The notes under the pieces are model-generated. The model did not search any database and was not told where the DNA came from. It saw only the letters and a program-made list of their open reading frames with translations. DNA of 33,538 nucleotides from NCBI GenBank assembly GCA_018263405.1, contig JAANXG010000038.1, positions 1 to 33,538 of the forward strand. Reading direction: 5' to 3'. Shown here one piece after another: positions 25,181 to 33,456 of the stretch (position 1 is its first letter; the number at the start of each line of letters is the position of its first letter). This DNA is from Gammaproteobacteria bacterium. GTDB taxonomy: Bacteria; Pseudomonadota; Gammaproteobacteria; Arenicellales; JAANXG01. Both the position numbers and the translations under genes were made by a program.

Positions 25181-25648
25181 GATGTGGTAATTGTCCATAT
25201 CAATCCAATGGAACGTCCTGAAACCCCGACAACCGCGCCGGAGATCATGAACCGCCTCAATGAGATCAGCTTCAATTCCTCCCTCTTAAAAGAAATGCGG
25301 GCTATCGCCTTCGTTAAGAAACTGGTTGAACATGATATACTCAAAGACGAGCATAAGCATGATTTCAAGGATGTGCTGGTCCATTCGGTTCGCGCCGATG
25401 AAGCTTTGTGCGATTTATCTGTTGCCAGCAAATTCGATTCCGACTGGGATTTTCTGACCATGCTCCGCGATAGGGGTCGCGAGACTATGGCGTCATGGCT
25501 TGATGAACATTTTGATGATATCTGCGTGCGCGATACGGTCGCCCTGCATGGAGAATTTTTGAACTCGAACACAAGGCTGTTTGAAGACAAGCACGGCAAT
25601 CACAGACATCGTCATAAAGAAGCCGAATCCGGAAAGAAAACCGCCTAA
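25181..25648 (+). pseudogene. C-terminal fragment of a patatin-like phospholipase (DUF3734-type tail); the catalytic N-terminal domain is missing
   Basis: DVVIVHINPMERPETPTTAPEIMNRLNEISFNSSLLKEMRAIAFVKKLVEHDIL...DWDFLTMLRDRGRETMASWLDEHF matches the conserved C-terminal region of bacterial patatin-like proteins. No GxSxG or oxyanion-hole region precedes it, and it abuts the truncated bdhA directly. Confidence 0.7.
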
Positions 25649-25709
25649 GGGCTCGCGTAAAAAGTCGGTTCACGTGGGATTGTGCCACAAATAGAACCCC
25701 CTATCTCCT

Positions 25710-25781
25710 TAGCTTGAAATCCGCTCGAACACAACACACCGATCAGTTAACAGCGTTATTGAAGGTCGAATTTTGGATGCG
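25710..25781 (+). repeat. Direct repeat, right copy, bracketing the AT-rich insert
   Basis: See 24108..24180. The sequence is tagcttgaaatccgctcgaacacaacacaccgatcagttaacagcgttattgaaggtcgaattttggatgcg. Confidence 0.85.
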
Positions 25782-25835
25782 CGGCTGGCGAAATCGTTTT
25801 TTTGCTGGTGCCCGCGCACTTCTTAGTCGCCTAAG

Positions 25836-26174
25836 ATGAATAAACCGAGTAATGCACCGGCGCCGGACGAACTGCTGTCGACGGCGCGTGAGGCGCTCAA
25901 GACCATGCTGCGAGAGTCGGACGCATACCACGCCTACACGATTTTAATGGCCATGAACGCCATGGGCATTGCGGCACGGGCCATGCGGGCCGAGGAGCCC
26001 GTTCCCGTTCGCGCCCCGGAAATTGATATGCCTTTCAAGGAATGGGTACGGCAGGGGGACGAGTCCGCCGTCACCGACCCCGGGCTGTTGCGGAACCTGC
26101 GCCGCCACGTGGCGCAAAAACTCGCCGTGGCCAACCCCCGCTTTCGAGCCGAGGCAGCGAAGGAGACACCGTGA
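25836..26174 (+). CDS. Small DUF6285-like protein (candidate LvaB-type kinase partner)
   Basis: 112-aa ORF. It shows the pattern P-x-ELL-x-A-x-EAL, then helical MAMNAMGIAARAM, then a C-terminal RRHVAQKLAVANPRF, recalled from the small proteins that accompany APH-kinase/ACAD pairs. Its TGA overlaps the GTG start of the next gene (GTGA). Confidence 0.6.
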   Translation: MNKPSNAPAPDELLSTAREALKTMLRESDAYHAYTILMAMNAMGIAARAMRAEEPVPVRAPEIDMPFKEWVRQGDESAVTDPGLLRNLRRHVAQKLAVANPRFRAEAAKETP

Positions 26175-29100
26175 CCGGTTTTCTCAAAGACGTCCGGATC
26201 GACGACAAGTATACCGTCGAGGACGGTCGGATCTTTGTCACCGGTATCCAGACCTTGGTGCGGCTGCCGATGCTCCAGCACCAGCGCGACCTCGCGGCCG
26301 GCCATCGCACGGGAGGATATATCACGGGTTACCGCGGCTCGCCTCTTGGCGCCCTCGACCTGCAGTTGCAGCAGGCGCGGGAGCATCTCGACGCTCACCA
26401 TATTACTTTTTCGCCGGCGGTTAACGAGGACTTGGCGGCCACGGCCCTGTGGGGAAGCCAGCAGGCGGAGCTCGACGGTGAGGGTCGCTTCGACGGCGTC
26501 TTCGGTATGTGGTACGGAAAAGGACCGGGAGTGGACCGCTCCGGCGACGCCCTGCGTCACGCCAACCTGGCGGGGACCTCGCCTCTGGGCGGCGTATTGG
26601 TTGTGATGGGCGACGATCACGCCTGTGAATCCTCCACGACATGTCACCAGAGCGAACCGGCCATGATGGACGCGATGATTCCGGTGTTGAGCCCGGCAGG
26701 CGTCCAAGACATCGCGGATTTTGGTTTGTACGGCTGGGCACTATCCCGTTACAGCGGATGCTGGGTGGGATTAAAATGCGTCCACGACACCGTGGAAGCC
26801 ACCGCTTCCATCGATATCTCGCCGGGCCGCGTCCATATCGCGCTGCCGCCCAATTTCGAGCCGCCCGACGGCGGCCTGAATATCCGCTGGCCGGACACGC
26901 CCCGGGAACAGGAGCGCCGTCTGCACGCATACAAGCACCGCGCCGCCCAGGCCTTCACTCGGGCCAACGGCCTGGACCGCGTGATCCTTGATGCCGAAGA
27001 CGCATGCATCGGTATTGTCACTGCCGGCAAGTCCTACCTCGATGTCAGGCAGGCCTTACGCGAACTCGGTATCGACGAACGGGAAGCAAAGCGTCTCGGT
27101 ATCCGCCTATACAAGGTCGCCATGACCTATCCCCTGGAACCGTCGGGTATCCGTCGATTCTGCCGCGGCCTCGAGCGCGTCGTGGTGGTAGAGGAAAAAA
27201 GCGGTATCGTGGAAGACCAACTGAAAAGCATTCTGTTCAATGAGGCCAACAGACCCCAAGTAGTCGGCAAACACGACCTGAATGACACGCAGCTCTTTCC
27301 CTCCGCGGGGCGCCTTGAGTCCAACCAGATTGCCCGCGAACTGGGTCGGCAAATCCTGGGGCTTCGAACCGACGTTGCACTCGAGGACCGGCTGGGTCGC
27401 TTCGTCGAACGGCTGGAGGCGGCGCCGGCCGGTCACGTCGCCCCCATGATTCGCACGCCTTACTTCTGCTCCGGCTGTCCCCATAACACTTCGACGCTCG
27501 TACCGGAAGGCAGCAAGGCACTGGCGGGCATCGGCTGCCACTACATGGCGCAATGGATGGACCGCGACACCGCCCGGTCCACTCATATGGGCGGCGAAGG
27601 CGTAAGCTGGGTCGGCCAGGCGCCGTTCAGCACCCGTCCCCACATGTTTCAGAACATCGGCGACGGCACCTATTATCACTCCGGACTGCTCGCCATACGC
27701 GCCGCCATTGCCGCGGGCACCAATATTACGTTCAAGATTCTGTATAACGATGCCGTGGCCATGACCGGTGGCCAACCGGTGGACGGGCCGTTGTCCCCCG
27801 AGCAGGTTACCTGGCAGGTTTACGGCGAAGGGGCCAAGCGCATTGCCCTGATCAGCGACGAACCCGACAAGTACCGGCAGGACGACCTGGCGCCGGAGGT
27901 GGCCGTGCATCACCGGGACGTATTGAACGACGTACAACGGTCGTTCAGGGAAACACCGGGCACCACGGTGATTGTCTACGAACAGACTTGCGCCGCGGAA
28001 AAACGCCGGCGACGTAAACGCGGTACCTATCCGGACCCCGCTAAGCGTGTATTCATTTACGACCGAGTGTGCGAAGGGTGCGGCGACTGCGGCGTGCAAT
28101 CCAACTGCGTTGCCATCCTGCCCAAGGACACGGCATTCGGCCGCAAACGGGAAATCGACCAATCGGCGTGCAACAAGGATTTCTCCTGCCTGAAGGGTTT
28201 CTGCCCCAGCTTCGTAACGGTATACGGCGGTACACCGAAACAGGGCATCAGCGACGCCCGCGCCGTCGATCAGGCACTCGATGGCTTGCCGGAACCGGAA
28301 CAGCCGCCGATCGACGGCACTTACGATATCGTCCTGACCGGCGTCGGGGGCACCGGGGTGGTCACCGTCGGGGCCATACTCGGGATGGCGGCCCATGTCT
28401 CCGAAAAGGGTTGTTCGGTGCTGGACATGATGGGCCTGGCGCAGAAGGGCGGCGCGGTCATGAGCCATATTATCCTGGCCAACGACCCGGCGGATGTGGC
28501 GGCCACACACGTGCCGGTGGCAGGCGCCGACCTGCTTCTGGGCTGCGACATGGTGGTCGCGGCCGGCCCCGATGCCATCACCCGTGCCCAACCCGGTACG
28601 ACACAGGCCGTGGTGAATGAATTCGAGCTGATGACGGGGGACTTTACCCACGACCCCGACAAGGGGTTTCCAGCGGAGAAGTTGAAGTCAGTCATCCGTG
28701 AACACACCGGGCCGGAGAACGCGTTGTTCGTCAATGCCACAGTCCTGGCGACACGGTTGCTCGGCAACTCCATCGGCGCCAATATGTTCCTCCTGGGGTG
28801 TGCCTACCAGATAGGCCGGCTCCCGCTTCATCGCGCCGCCATACATAAAGCCATCGAGCTCAACGGCCAGGCGGTGGATATGAATCAACGGGCATTCGGA
28901 CTGGGACGTCTCTACGCGCTCGATCCCGAACAAGTCCGGCGCCTGGCCTACCCCGCCACCACCCCCTTAAAGCAGATCCCTCGTACGCTGGAGGAAATCG
29001 TCGCGCATCGTACCGATCAGTTGCGCGACTATCGAAGCCAAGCATACGCCAACCGATACCGCGAGGCGGTGGAGGGCGTCACACAAGCCGAGCGCGACAA

Positions 29101-29641
29101 AGCCAAGGGCTTCGAGGGGCTAGCGTTGAGGGCGGCGCACAACCTGTACTCGGTCATGGCCTACAAGGATGAGTACGAAGTGGCGCGGTTGTTTACATCT
29201 ACCGAATTCCGCAATCAACTCACCGAAACCTTCGAAGGCGGCTATAAGATCGAATTCAATCTGGCGCCGCCGCTTCTCAGCCGGCCCGATCCGCGAACCG
29301 GGCGACCGCGCAAAATACGCTTGGGTCCCGGGATGATGAGCGTATTCAGAATACTCAGTGCGCTACGCGGATTGCGGGGTACATCGTTTGACGTATTCGG
29401 CTGCTCGCGCGCGCGCCGGGTGGAGCGCCGGATGATTGACGATTACCTGGCTGATATCGATCTGGTAACCCAATGCCTGGATTCCCGAAACCACAAACTG
29501 GCCCTGAACTTGCTGAGCTGGCCGGAGACAGTAAGGGGCTTCGGAGACATCAAATTCGCCGTCCTCGAAAAAGCCACGAAGCGGCGGGATGACCTTCGAG
29601 CTGCGCTGCAGGCACCCCCTGGAGAGCGGACGGCCGCTTGA
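26171..29641 (+). CDS. Indolepyruvate:ferredoxin oxidoreductase family protein (fused alpha-beta 2-oxoacid:ferredoxin oxidoreductase)
   Basis: The ORF track begins at 26042, but that extension is Arg/Pro junk overlapping the upstream gene. The GTG at 26171 lies 5 nt after AGGAGA and gives the family-typical N-terminus VTGFLKDVRIDDKYTVEDGRIFVTGIQTLVRLPMLQHQRD...GYITGYRGSPLG. Also present are a TPP-binding GDGTYYHSG and the Cys clusters YFCSGCPHN and CEGCGDCGVQSNC...CNKDFSCLKGFCPSF. Length is about 1156 aa. Confidence 0.85.
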   Translation: MTGFLKDVRIDDKYTVEDGRIFVTGIQTLVRLPMLQHQRDLAAGHRTGGYITGYRGSPLGALDLQLQQAREHLDAHHITFSPAVNEDLAATALWGSQQAELDGEGRFDGVFGMWYGKGPGVDRSGDALRHANLAGTSPLGGVLVVMGDDHACESSTTCHQSEPAMMDAMIPVLSPAGVQDIADFGLYGWALSRYSGCWVGLKCVHDTVEATASIDISPGRVHIALPPNFEPPDGGLNIRWPDTPREQERRLHAYKHRAAQAFTRANGLDRVILDAEDACIGIVTAGKSYLDVRQALRELGIDEREAKRLGIRLYKVAMTYPLEPSGIRRFCRGLERVVVVEEKSGIVEDQLKSILFNEANRPQVVGKHDLNDTQLFPSAGRLESNQIARELGRQILGLRTDVALEDRLGRFVERLEAAPAGHVAPMIRTPYFCSGCPHNTSTLVPEGSKALAGIGCHYMAQWMDRDTARSTHMGGEGVSWVGQAPFSTRPHMFQNIGDGTYYHSGLLAIRAAIAAGTNITFKILYNDAVAMTGGQPVDGPLSPEQVTWQVYGEGAKRIALISDEPDKYRQDDLAPEVAVHHRDVLNDVQRSFRETPGTTVIVYEQTCAAEKRRRRKRGTYPDPAKRVFIYDRVCEGCGDCGVQSNCVAILPKDTAFGRKREIDQSACNKDFSCLKGFCPSFVTVYGGTPKQGISDARAVDQALDGLPEPEQPPIDGTYDIVLTGVGGTGVVTVGAILGMAAHVSEKGCSVLDMMGLAQKGGAVMSHIILANDPADVAATHVPVAGADLLLGCDMVVAAGPDAITRAQPGTTQAVVNEFELMTGDFTHDPDKGFPAEKLKSVIREHTGPENALFVNATVLATRLLGNSIGANMFLLGCAYQIGRLPLHRAAIHKAIELNGQAVDMNQRAFGLGRLYALDPEQVRRLAYPATTPLKQIPRTLEEIVAHRTDQLRDYRSQAYANRYREAVEGVTQAERDKAKGFEGLALRAAHNLYSVMAYKDEYEVARLFTSTEFRNQLTETFEGGYKIEFNLAPPLLSRPDPRTGRPRKIRLGPGMMSVFRILSALRGLRGTSFDVFGCSRARRVERRMIDDYLADIDLVTQCLDSRNHKLALNLLSWPETVRGFGDIKFAVLEKATKRRDDLRAALQAPPGERTAA

Positions 29642-29832
29642 TGAGTCGACCAGTCCGAAACGACCGGCGTATGGAACGTACTTGAATGCACTGCTGTCTC
29701 ACTTTTTCATTGTGTAGCAAGTAACTCAATGACACCGTGCATCACCGGGCCTGCAAGCGGACGCTTTTATCGACATGCCTTATAAGCTCCGAGGATGCTC
29801 GAATATAAACATCGATCCGACCAGAGGCTGAG

Positions 29833-30666
29833 ATGGTTGACAAAATTGCCGCGTCGATAGAGATAACTCCAAGACAAGCGATGGAAAGCGACGATCTGCC
29901 CGGGCTCTTTCCCAAGGGCGTGCGGGTGTACATGACGGACGTCGGCACGGACACCACCGAAACGATCACCGCGGGGGCGGCGCGCCTCAATGAACTGGGA
30001 TATGTCTCTGTCCCTCATTTCGCGTCCCGGCGCCTTACCACCCGAAAAGACCTGGAAAAACGCGTCAGGATGCTCGCTGAAGAAGCCCGAGTGAATGATG
30101 TGTTGATCATCGGCGGCGGCCTGGATAAACCGGCGGGCGAGTTTGCGTCGTCCATGGATATGCTGGAAACAGGGTTGTTTGACAAATACGGCATCAAACG
30201 GATCGGCATCGCGGGACATCCCGAAGGGTCCCCGGATTTCTCGAATCAGGCAGCGGAGGAGGCGCTACGACTCAAGCAGGCATTCGCCGGGCGCACGGGC
30301 GCCGAGATGCGGATCGTGACCCAGTTCGGATTCGATGCGCCCGGTTTCATTCGCTGGGCCAACGGTCTGCAGGAAGCCGGTATTAATCTGCCCGTACATT
30401 TGGGGGTTGCCGGACCAGCGAAGCTGACGACACTGGTCAGGTTTGCCGTGATGTGTGGCGTCGGAGCTTCGACTCAATTCATCAAGAAGCGCGCTGCATC
30501 GATCGGCACGTTGGTCAAGGGGTTCGACCCGGAAGAAGTCATCAAACCTATCGAGGAGCACGTCAACGAATCCGAGCAGACGCCCATCAAACAAATTCAT
30601 GTCTTCGCCTTCGGCGGGATGAAAAAATCAGCCGAGTGGCTCAAGGCCCGCGGGAGCTGGGTTTAA
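29833..30666 (+). CDS. Methylenetetrahydrofolate reductase family protein (MetF-like)
   Basis: 277-aa ORF with an ATG after GAGG. It follows the MTHFR TIM-barrel pattern: ASIEITPR, PHFASRR, VLIIGGG, IGIAGHPEGSPD, RIVTQFGFD, PVHLGVAGP and HVFAFGG. Confidence 0.7.
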   Translation: MVDKIAASIEITPRQAMESDDLPGLFPKGVRVYMTDVGTDTTETITAGAARLNELGYVSVPHFASRRLTTRKDLEKRVRMLAEEARVNDVLIIGGGLDKPAGEFASSMDMLETGLFDKYGIKRIGIAGHPEGSPDFSNQAAEEALRLKQAFAGRTGAEMRIVTQFGFDAPGFIRWANGLQEAGINLPVHLGVAGPAKLTTLVRFAVMCGVGASTQFIKKRAASIGTLVKGFDPEEVIKPIEEHVNESEQTPIKQIHVFAFGGMKKSAEWLKARGSWV

Positions 30667-30890
30667 ACTTCAACCGGTACCGCCTTTCTTTAGCGCGATC
30701 CACGAGTGGATCGCAAGGGTGGCGATGACAAGCCACCAAAACCAGAATGTACCCGGGATAGCTTCGGCCCTGAGGAGCCGGCGATTATACGGATGAACCC
30801 CAATTACGGCGATACACAGTGGGGAATCGCGCCACAAGAAACACGTTACAATGTGAGGTCGAAACCCATCGCATAAAGAGAGCGTATAGT

Positions 30891-31112
30891 ATGAAACCTT
30901 TCATCGCCGGCCTGTTAATCGGGTTAATTGTCGCCTTTCCGCTGGGCATGAACGTAGGGAAGGGCAATCCAGTATTCAGCAATCCTTTCGCTAATAAACC
31001 CCTGTCCGAACAAATCGGGGATGCGGCCAAGAGTGCTTCGGAAAAACTGAAGGAGAAAACCGGTGAGCTCATGCAGAACGCCGAAGACGCCGTGAACGAG
31101 GCGGCGGAGTAA
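30891..31112 (+). CDS. Small membrane-anchored hypothetical protein (73 aa)
   Basis: The ATG at 30891 follows AAGAGAG. The N-terminal TM segment is MKPFIAGLLIGLIVAFPLGM, followed by a Lys/Glu/Ala-rich helical tail (SEKLKEKTGELMQNAEDAVNEAAE). The upstream extension to 30819 in the ORF track looks non-coding. Confidence 0.45.
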   Translation: MKPFIAGLLIGLIVAFPLGMNVGKGNPVFSNPFANKPLSEQIGDAAKSASEKLKEKTGELMQNAEDAVNEAAE

Positions 31113-31139
31113 ATCCGGGAGCTTTGAATACGGTATGCT

Positions 31140-33158
31140 TCAAGGTTCAGATCGCCGCCGGCTGCGACGCCGGCGGCGATCGGGAACGTTGTCGCCTTGG
31201 AAGCGCGCCGATTCCGGCAGGCTGACCTTCTTCCGCAACTCGGCGTACGGGTCAATTTTGTGCGGAATAGCCATGGCATTGATAAAATGCTCCTGGAACC
31301 TCGGTTCCACGGCAGTTTCGATTTTTTGGATGCGTTTCACGACGCGGTCGATTTCGACCCGGGCATTCTTGTCCATCAATGCCATGCGGGCGCCGTCGCC
31401 GGCAGCATTGCCCACGGAAAACACATTGTCCAGATCGCAATCCGGAATCAACCCCAGAACCATCGCGTGCTTGGTGTCGATATGACTACCGAAGGCGCCG
31501 GCGATCTTGATTCGGTCTACATGGTCCACGCGCATCCGCTCCATTAACAGTTTCGCCCCGGCATAAAGGGCGGCTTTGGCCAGCTGGATCTGCCGGACAT
31601 CGTTCTGCGTGACGACGACCCTTACGTTTTCGCTCTCATACAACAGGTAGGAATATGTTCGACCGTTGGGAAATACACGCTCGCTCCGGGCGGCAAGTTG
31701 ACCGTCGATGATGCCGTCGGTGCTGACGATGCCGGCCAGGTACATTTCCGCAATCACTTCGATGATCCCAGACCCGCAAATCCCCGTGACTCCGGTTTTA
31801 CTGCTGTCGAACGCCTCGCTATCCGACCACTCGTCGCAGCCGATCACCCGGACACGCGGCTCCAGCGTACCCGGATCGATCCGGACGCGGTCGATGGCAC
31901 CCGGCGCCGCTCGCTGGCCGCCGCTGATTTGAGCGCCCTCGAATGCCGGCCCGGTGGGGCTGGAACAGGCCATCAGCTGCTCACGGTTGCCCAATACGAT
32001 CTCGGCGTTGGTGCCGACATCCACCAGCAGCGTCATGGCGTCGTCGTGGTAGGGCCGTGCCGACAGCACCATCGCGGCGGCATCGGCGCCGACATGGCCC
32101 GCTATGCACGGCAGCACGTAGACCCGCGCCTCCGGGTTCATATCCAGTTTCAGGGTAGCCGCCGACGTTGCCACCGATTCATCGGTGGCCAGTGCGAAGG
32201 GCGCGCCGCCGAGTTCCACCGGATCGATTCCCAATAGCAGATGATGCATCACCGGGTTGCCCACGAAAGTCATATCCAATACATCGTGCAGGTCCGCTCC
32301 GATCTCCCGGGATACGTCCGAAATCAGACGAGCGATAGTTTCGCGTACCGACATAGTCATCTCCCTGTCACCGCCCGGGTTCATCATGACGTAGGACACC
32401 CGGCTCATCAGATCTTCGCCATAACGGATTTGCGGGTTCATTGCTCCCGATGACGCCAAAACCTTGCCATTGGCGAGATCGCACAGATGCACCGCGATCG
32501 TCGTGGACCCCACATCGATGGCCGCTCCGTAGACTTGGTCGTGAAATCCCGGCCACAGGGCAATGATGTCCCGCTCGTCATAGACCGCGGCCGTGACTTT
32601 CCACTCGCCTTGTCTCAGAATTTTCTGAAGATCCTGCACCAGCTCCACCCCGCACCGAAGGTCCGTCAATCCCCACTCGAATTCCAGTGCAAGCTTCAGC
32701 CGAGTCAGATCGCCTTCCGGATTGTGCATATTGGGTTCGGGCACCTCGACGTAGTGCAGGCGCACCGTCGGAAACAGCTCAAGGTCCAGCAGACCCGCCT
32801 GCTTGCGAATGACCTGCCGATGCACCTGGCTGTCCGGCGGGACATCGATGACGACGTCGTCGAGCAGGCACGCCTGACAGGCCAAACGCCTGCCTTCGGC
32901 AAGCCCGTATTGACGTTCATACCGGGTTTCGACAGCCCCCCGACCGCTGAGATGGTCTGCTTTGGAGCTGATACCATGCTTGGCGAATTCGCCTTCGGTG
33001 CACAGAACCTGACAGCGGCCGCACATCGCACGTCCACCACACACCGAGTCCAAATCGACGTTCAGTGTCCGCGCGGCGTCAAGTAGCGTCGTGCCCGGTT
33101 CGAATTCACCGCGCTTGCCGCTGGGAAGAAATACCACTTTGGCGGGTCGCTGGGACAT
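31140..33158 (-). CDS. 2Fe-2S ferredoxin-domain + ASKHA ATPase-domain protein (DUF4445 / RACo-type reductive activator of corrinoid enzymes)
   Basis: 672-aa ORF with an N-terminal plant-type ferredoxin motif (SVCGGRAMCGRCQVLC...RLACQACL). ASKHA phosphate-binding motifs follow (AIDVGSTTIAVHLCD, LLVDVGTNAEIVLGN, GICGSGIIE). The C-terminus is Arg-rich (DRRRRRSRRRSEP). Confidence 0.8.
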   Translation of the reverse strand: MSQRPAKVVFLPSGKRGEFEPGTTLLDAARTLNVDLDSVCGGRAMCGRCQVLCTEGEFAKHGISSKADHLSGRGAVETRYERQYGLAEGRRLACQACLLDDVVIDVPPDSQVHRQVIRKQAGLLDLELFPTVRLHYVEVPEPNMHNPEGDLTRLKLALEFEWGLTDLRCGVELVQDLQKILRQGEWKVTAAVYDERDIIALWPGFHDQVYGAAIDVGSTTIAVHLCDLANGKVLASSGAMNPQIRYGEDLMSRVSYVMMNPGGDREMTMSVRETIARLISDVSREIGADLHDVLDMTFVGNPVMHHLLLGIDPVELGGAPFALATDESVATSAATLKLDMNPEARVYVLPCIAGHVGADAAAMVLSARPYHDDAMTLLVDVGTNAEIVLGNREQLMACSSPTGPAFEGAQISGGQRAAPGAIDRVRIDPGTLEPRVRVIGCDEWSDSEAFDSSKTGVTGICGSGIIEVIAEMYLAGIVSTDGIIDGQLAARSERVFPNGRTYSYLLYESENVRVVVTQNDVRQIQLAKAALYAGAKLLMERMRVDHVDRIKIAGAFGSHIDTKHAMVLGLIPDCDLDNVFSVGNAAGDGARMALMDKNARVEIDRVVKRIQKIETAVEPRFQEHFINAMAIPHKIDPYAELRKKVSLPESARFQGDNVPDRRRRRSRRRSEP

Positions 33159-33169
33159 ACTCGTTTAAC

Positions 33170-33240
33170 TTAGTACCCCTTGGCACAATGACGTACCCGT
33201 TCAGCGGGATCGGAAAGGCCCATCGCCAAGGGGTGCTTAG
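33170..33240. repeat. REP/MITE-like element (family copy 2) immediately upstream of the activator gene start
   Basis: ttagtaccccttggcacaatgacgtacccgttcag...gccaaggggtgcttag shares both termini with 12653..12713, but the internal right arm is replaced. The outer stem ccccttggc/gccaagggg is retained. The element begins 11 nt from the ATG at 33158. Confidence 0.75.
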
Positions 33241-33456
33241 GGCTCGCGCAAAAATAACTTCCCATTTTCACATCCCGTCTTCGGGCCGTCTTCGGGCCAT
33301 CTTTGAACGATCCTCCATCGCAAAATCCTCATAGCAGCCCTGCTAGGAGCCTGTCGGACTTAGGATGAATCTACTGCGGCGGCGGGAGATCGGCCCACTT
33401 TCCCGATTTATTTGTAAGTTCATTTCAATAACCCCGTGCAAGAATGTGGGGGTAGG

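Noticed and set aside
25645-25690. Possible fourth fragment of the REP/MITE family at the right end of the AT-rich insert (gggctcgcgtaaaaa, attgtgcca)
   Set aside because: The matches are only about 15 nt with a mismatch. Several such matches are expected by chance in a 33-kb self-comparison.
26042-26170. Upstream extension of the IOR-family ORF (MGTAGGRVRRHRPRAV...)
   Set aside because: It overlaps the DUF6285-like gene in another frame and is Arg/Pro-rich. A GTG with an AGGAGA RBS at 26171 yields the family-typical N-terminus.
29642-29832. SAH or THF riboswitch upstream of the MTHFR-family gene (tccgaggatgctcg)
   Set aside because: Only the first few nucleotides resemble the SAH-riboswitch consensus, and the pseudoknot partner segments are absent.
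30695-30714. Hairpin gcgatcca-cgag-tggatcgc after the MTHFR-family gene as a terminator
   Set aside because: No U-tract follows on either strand, so it was not called as an intrinsic terminator.
33088-33100. ggttcgaat, a tRNA T-arm-like string
   Set aside because: It lies inside the well-supported activator CDS and no acceptor or anticodon stems can be drawn around it. No tRNA was found in the window.
33380-33420. Possible cobalamin riboswitch core upstream of the activator gene (cgggaaagtgggccgatctcccgccgccgcagtag, minus sense)
   Set aside because: It folds as a simple hairpin, and there is no GCCACTG or B12-box counterpart at the expected distance. The contextual appeal alone is not evidence.
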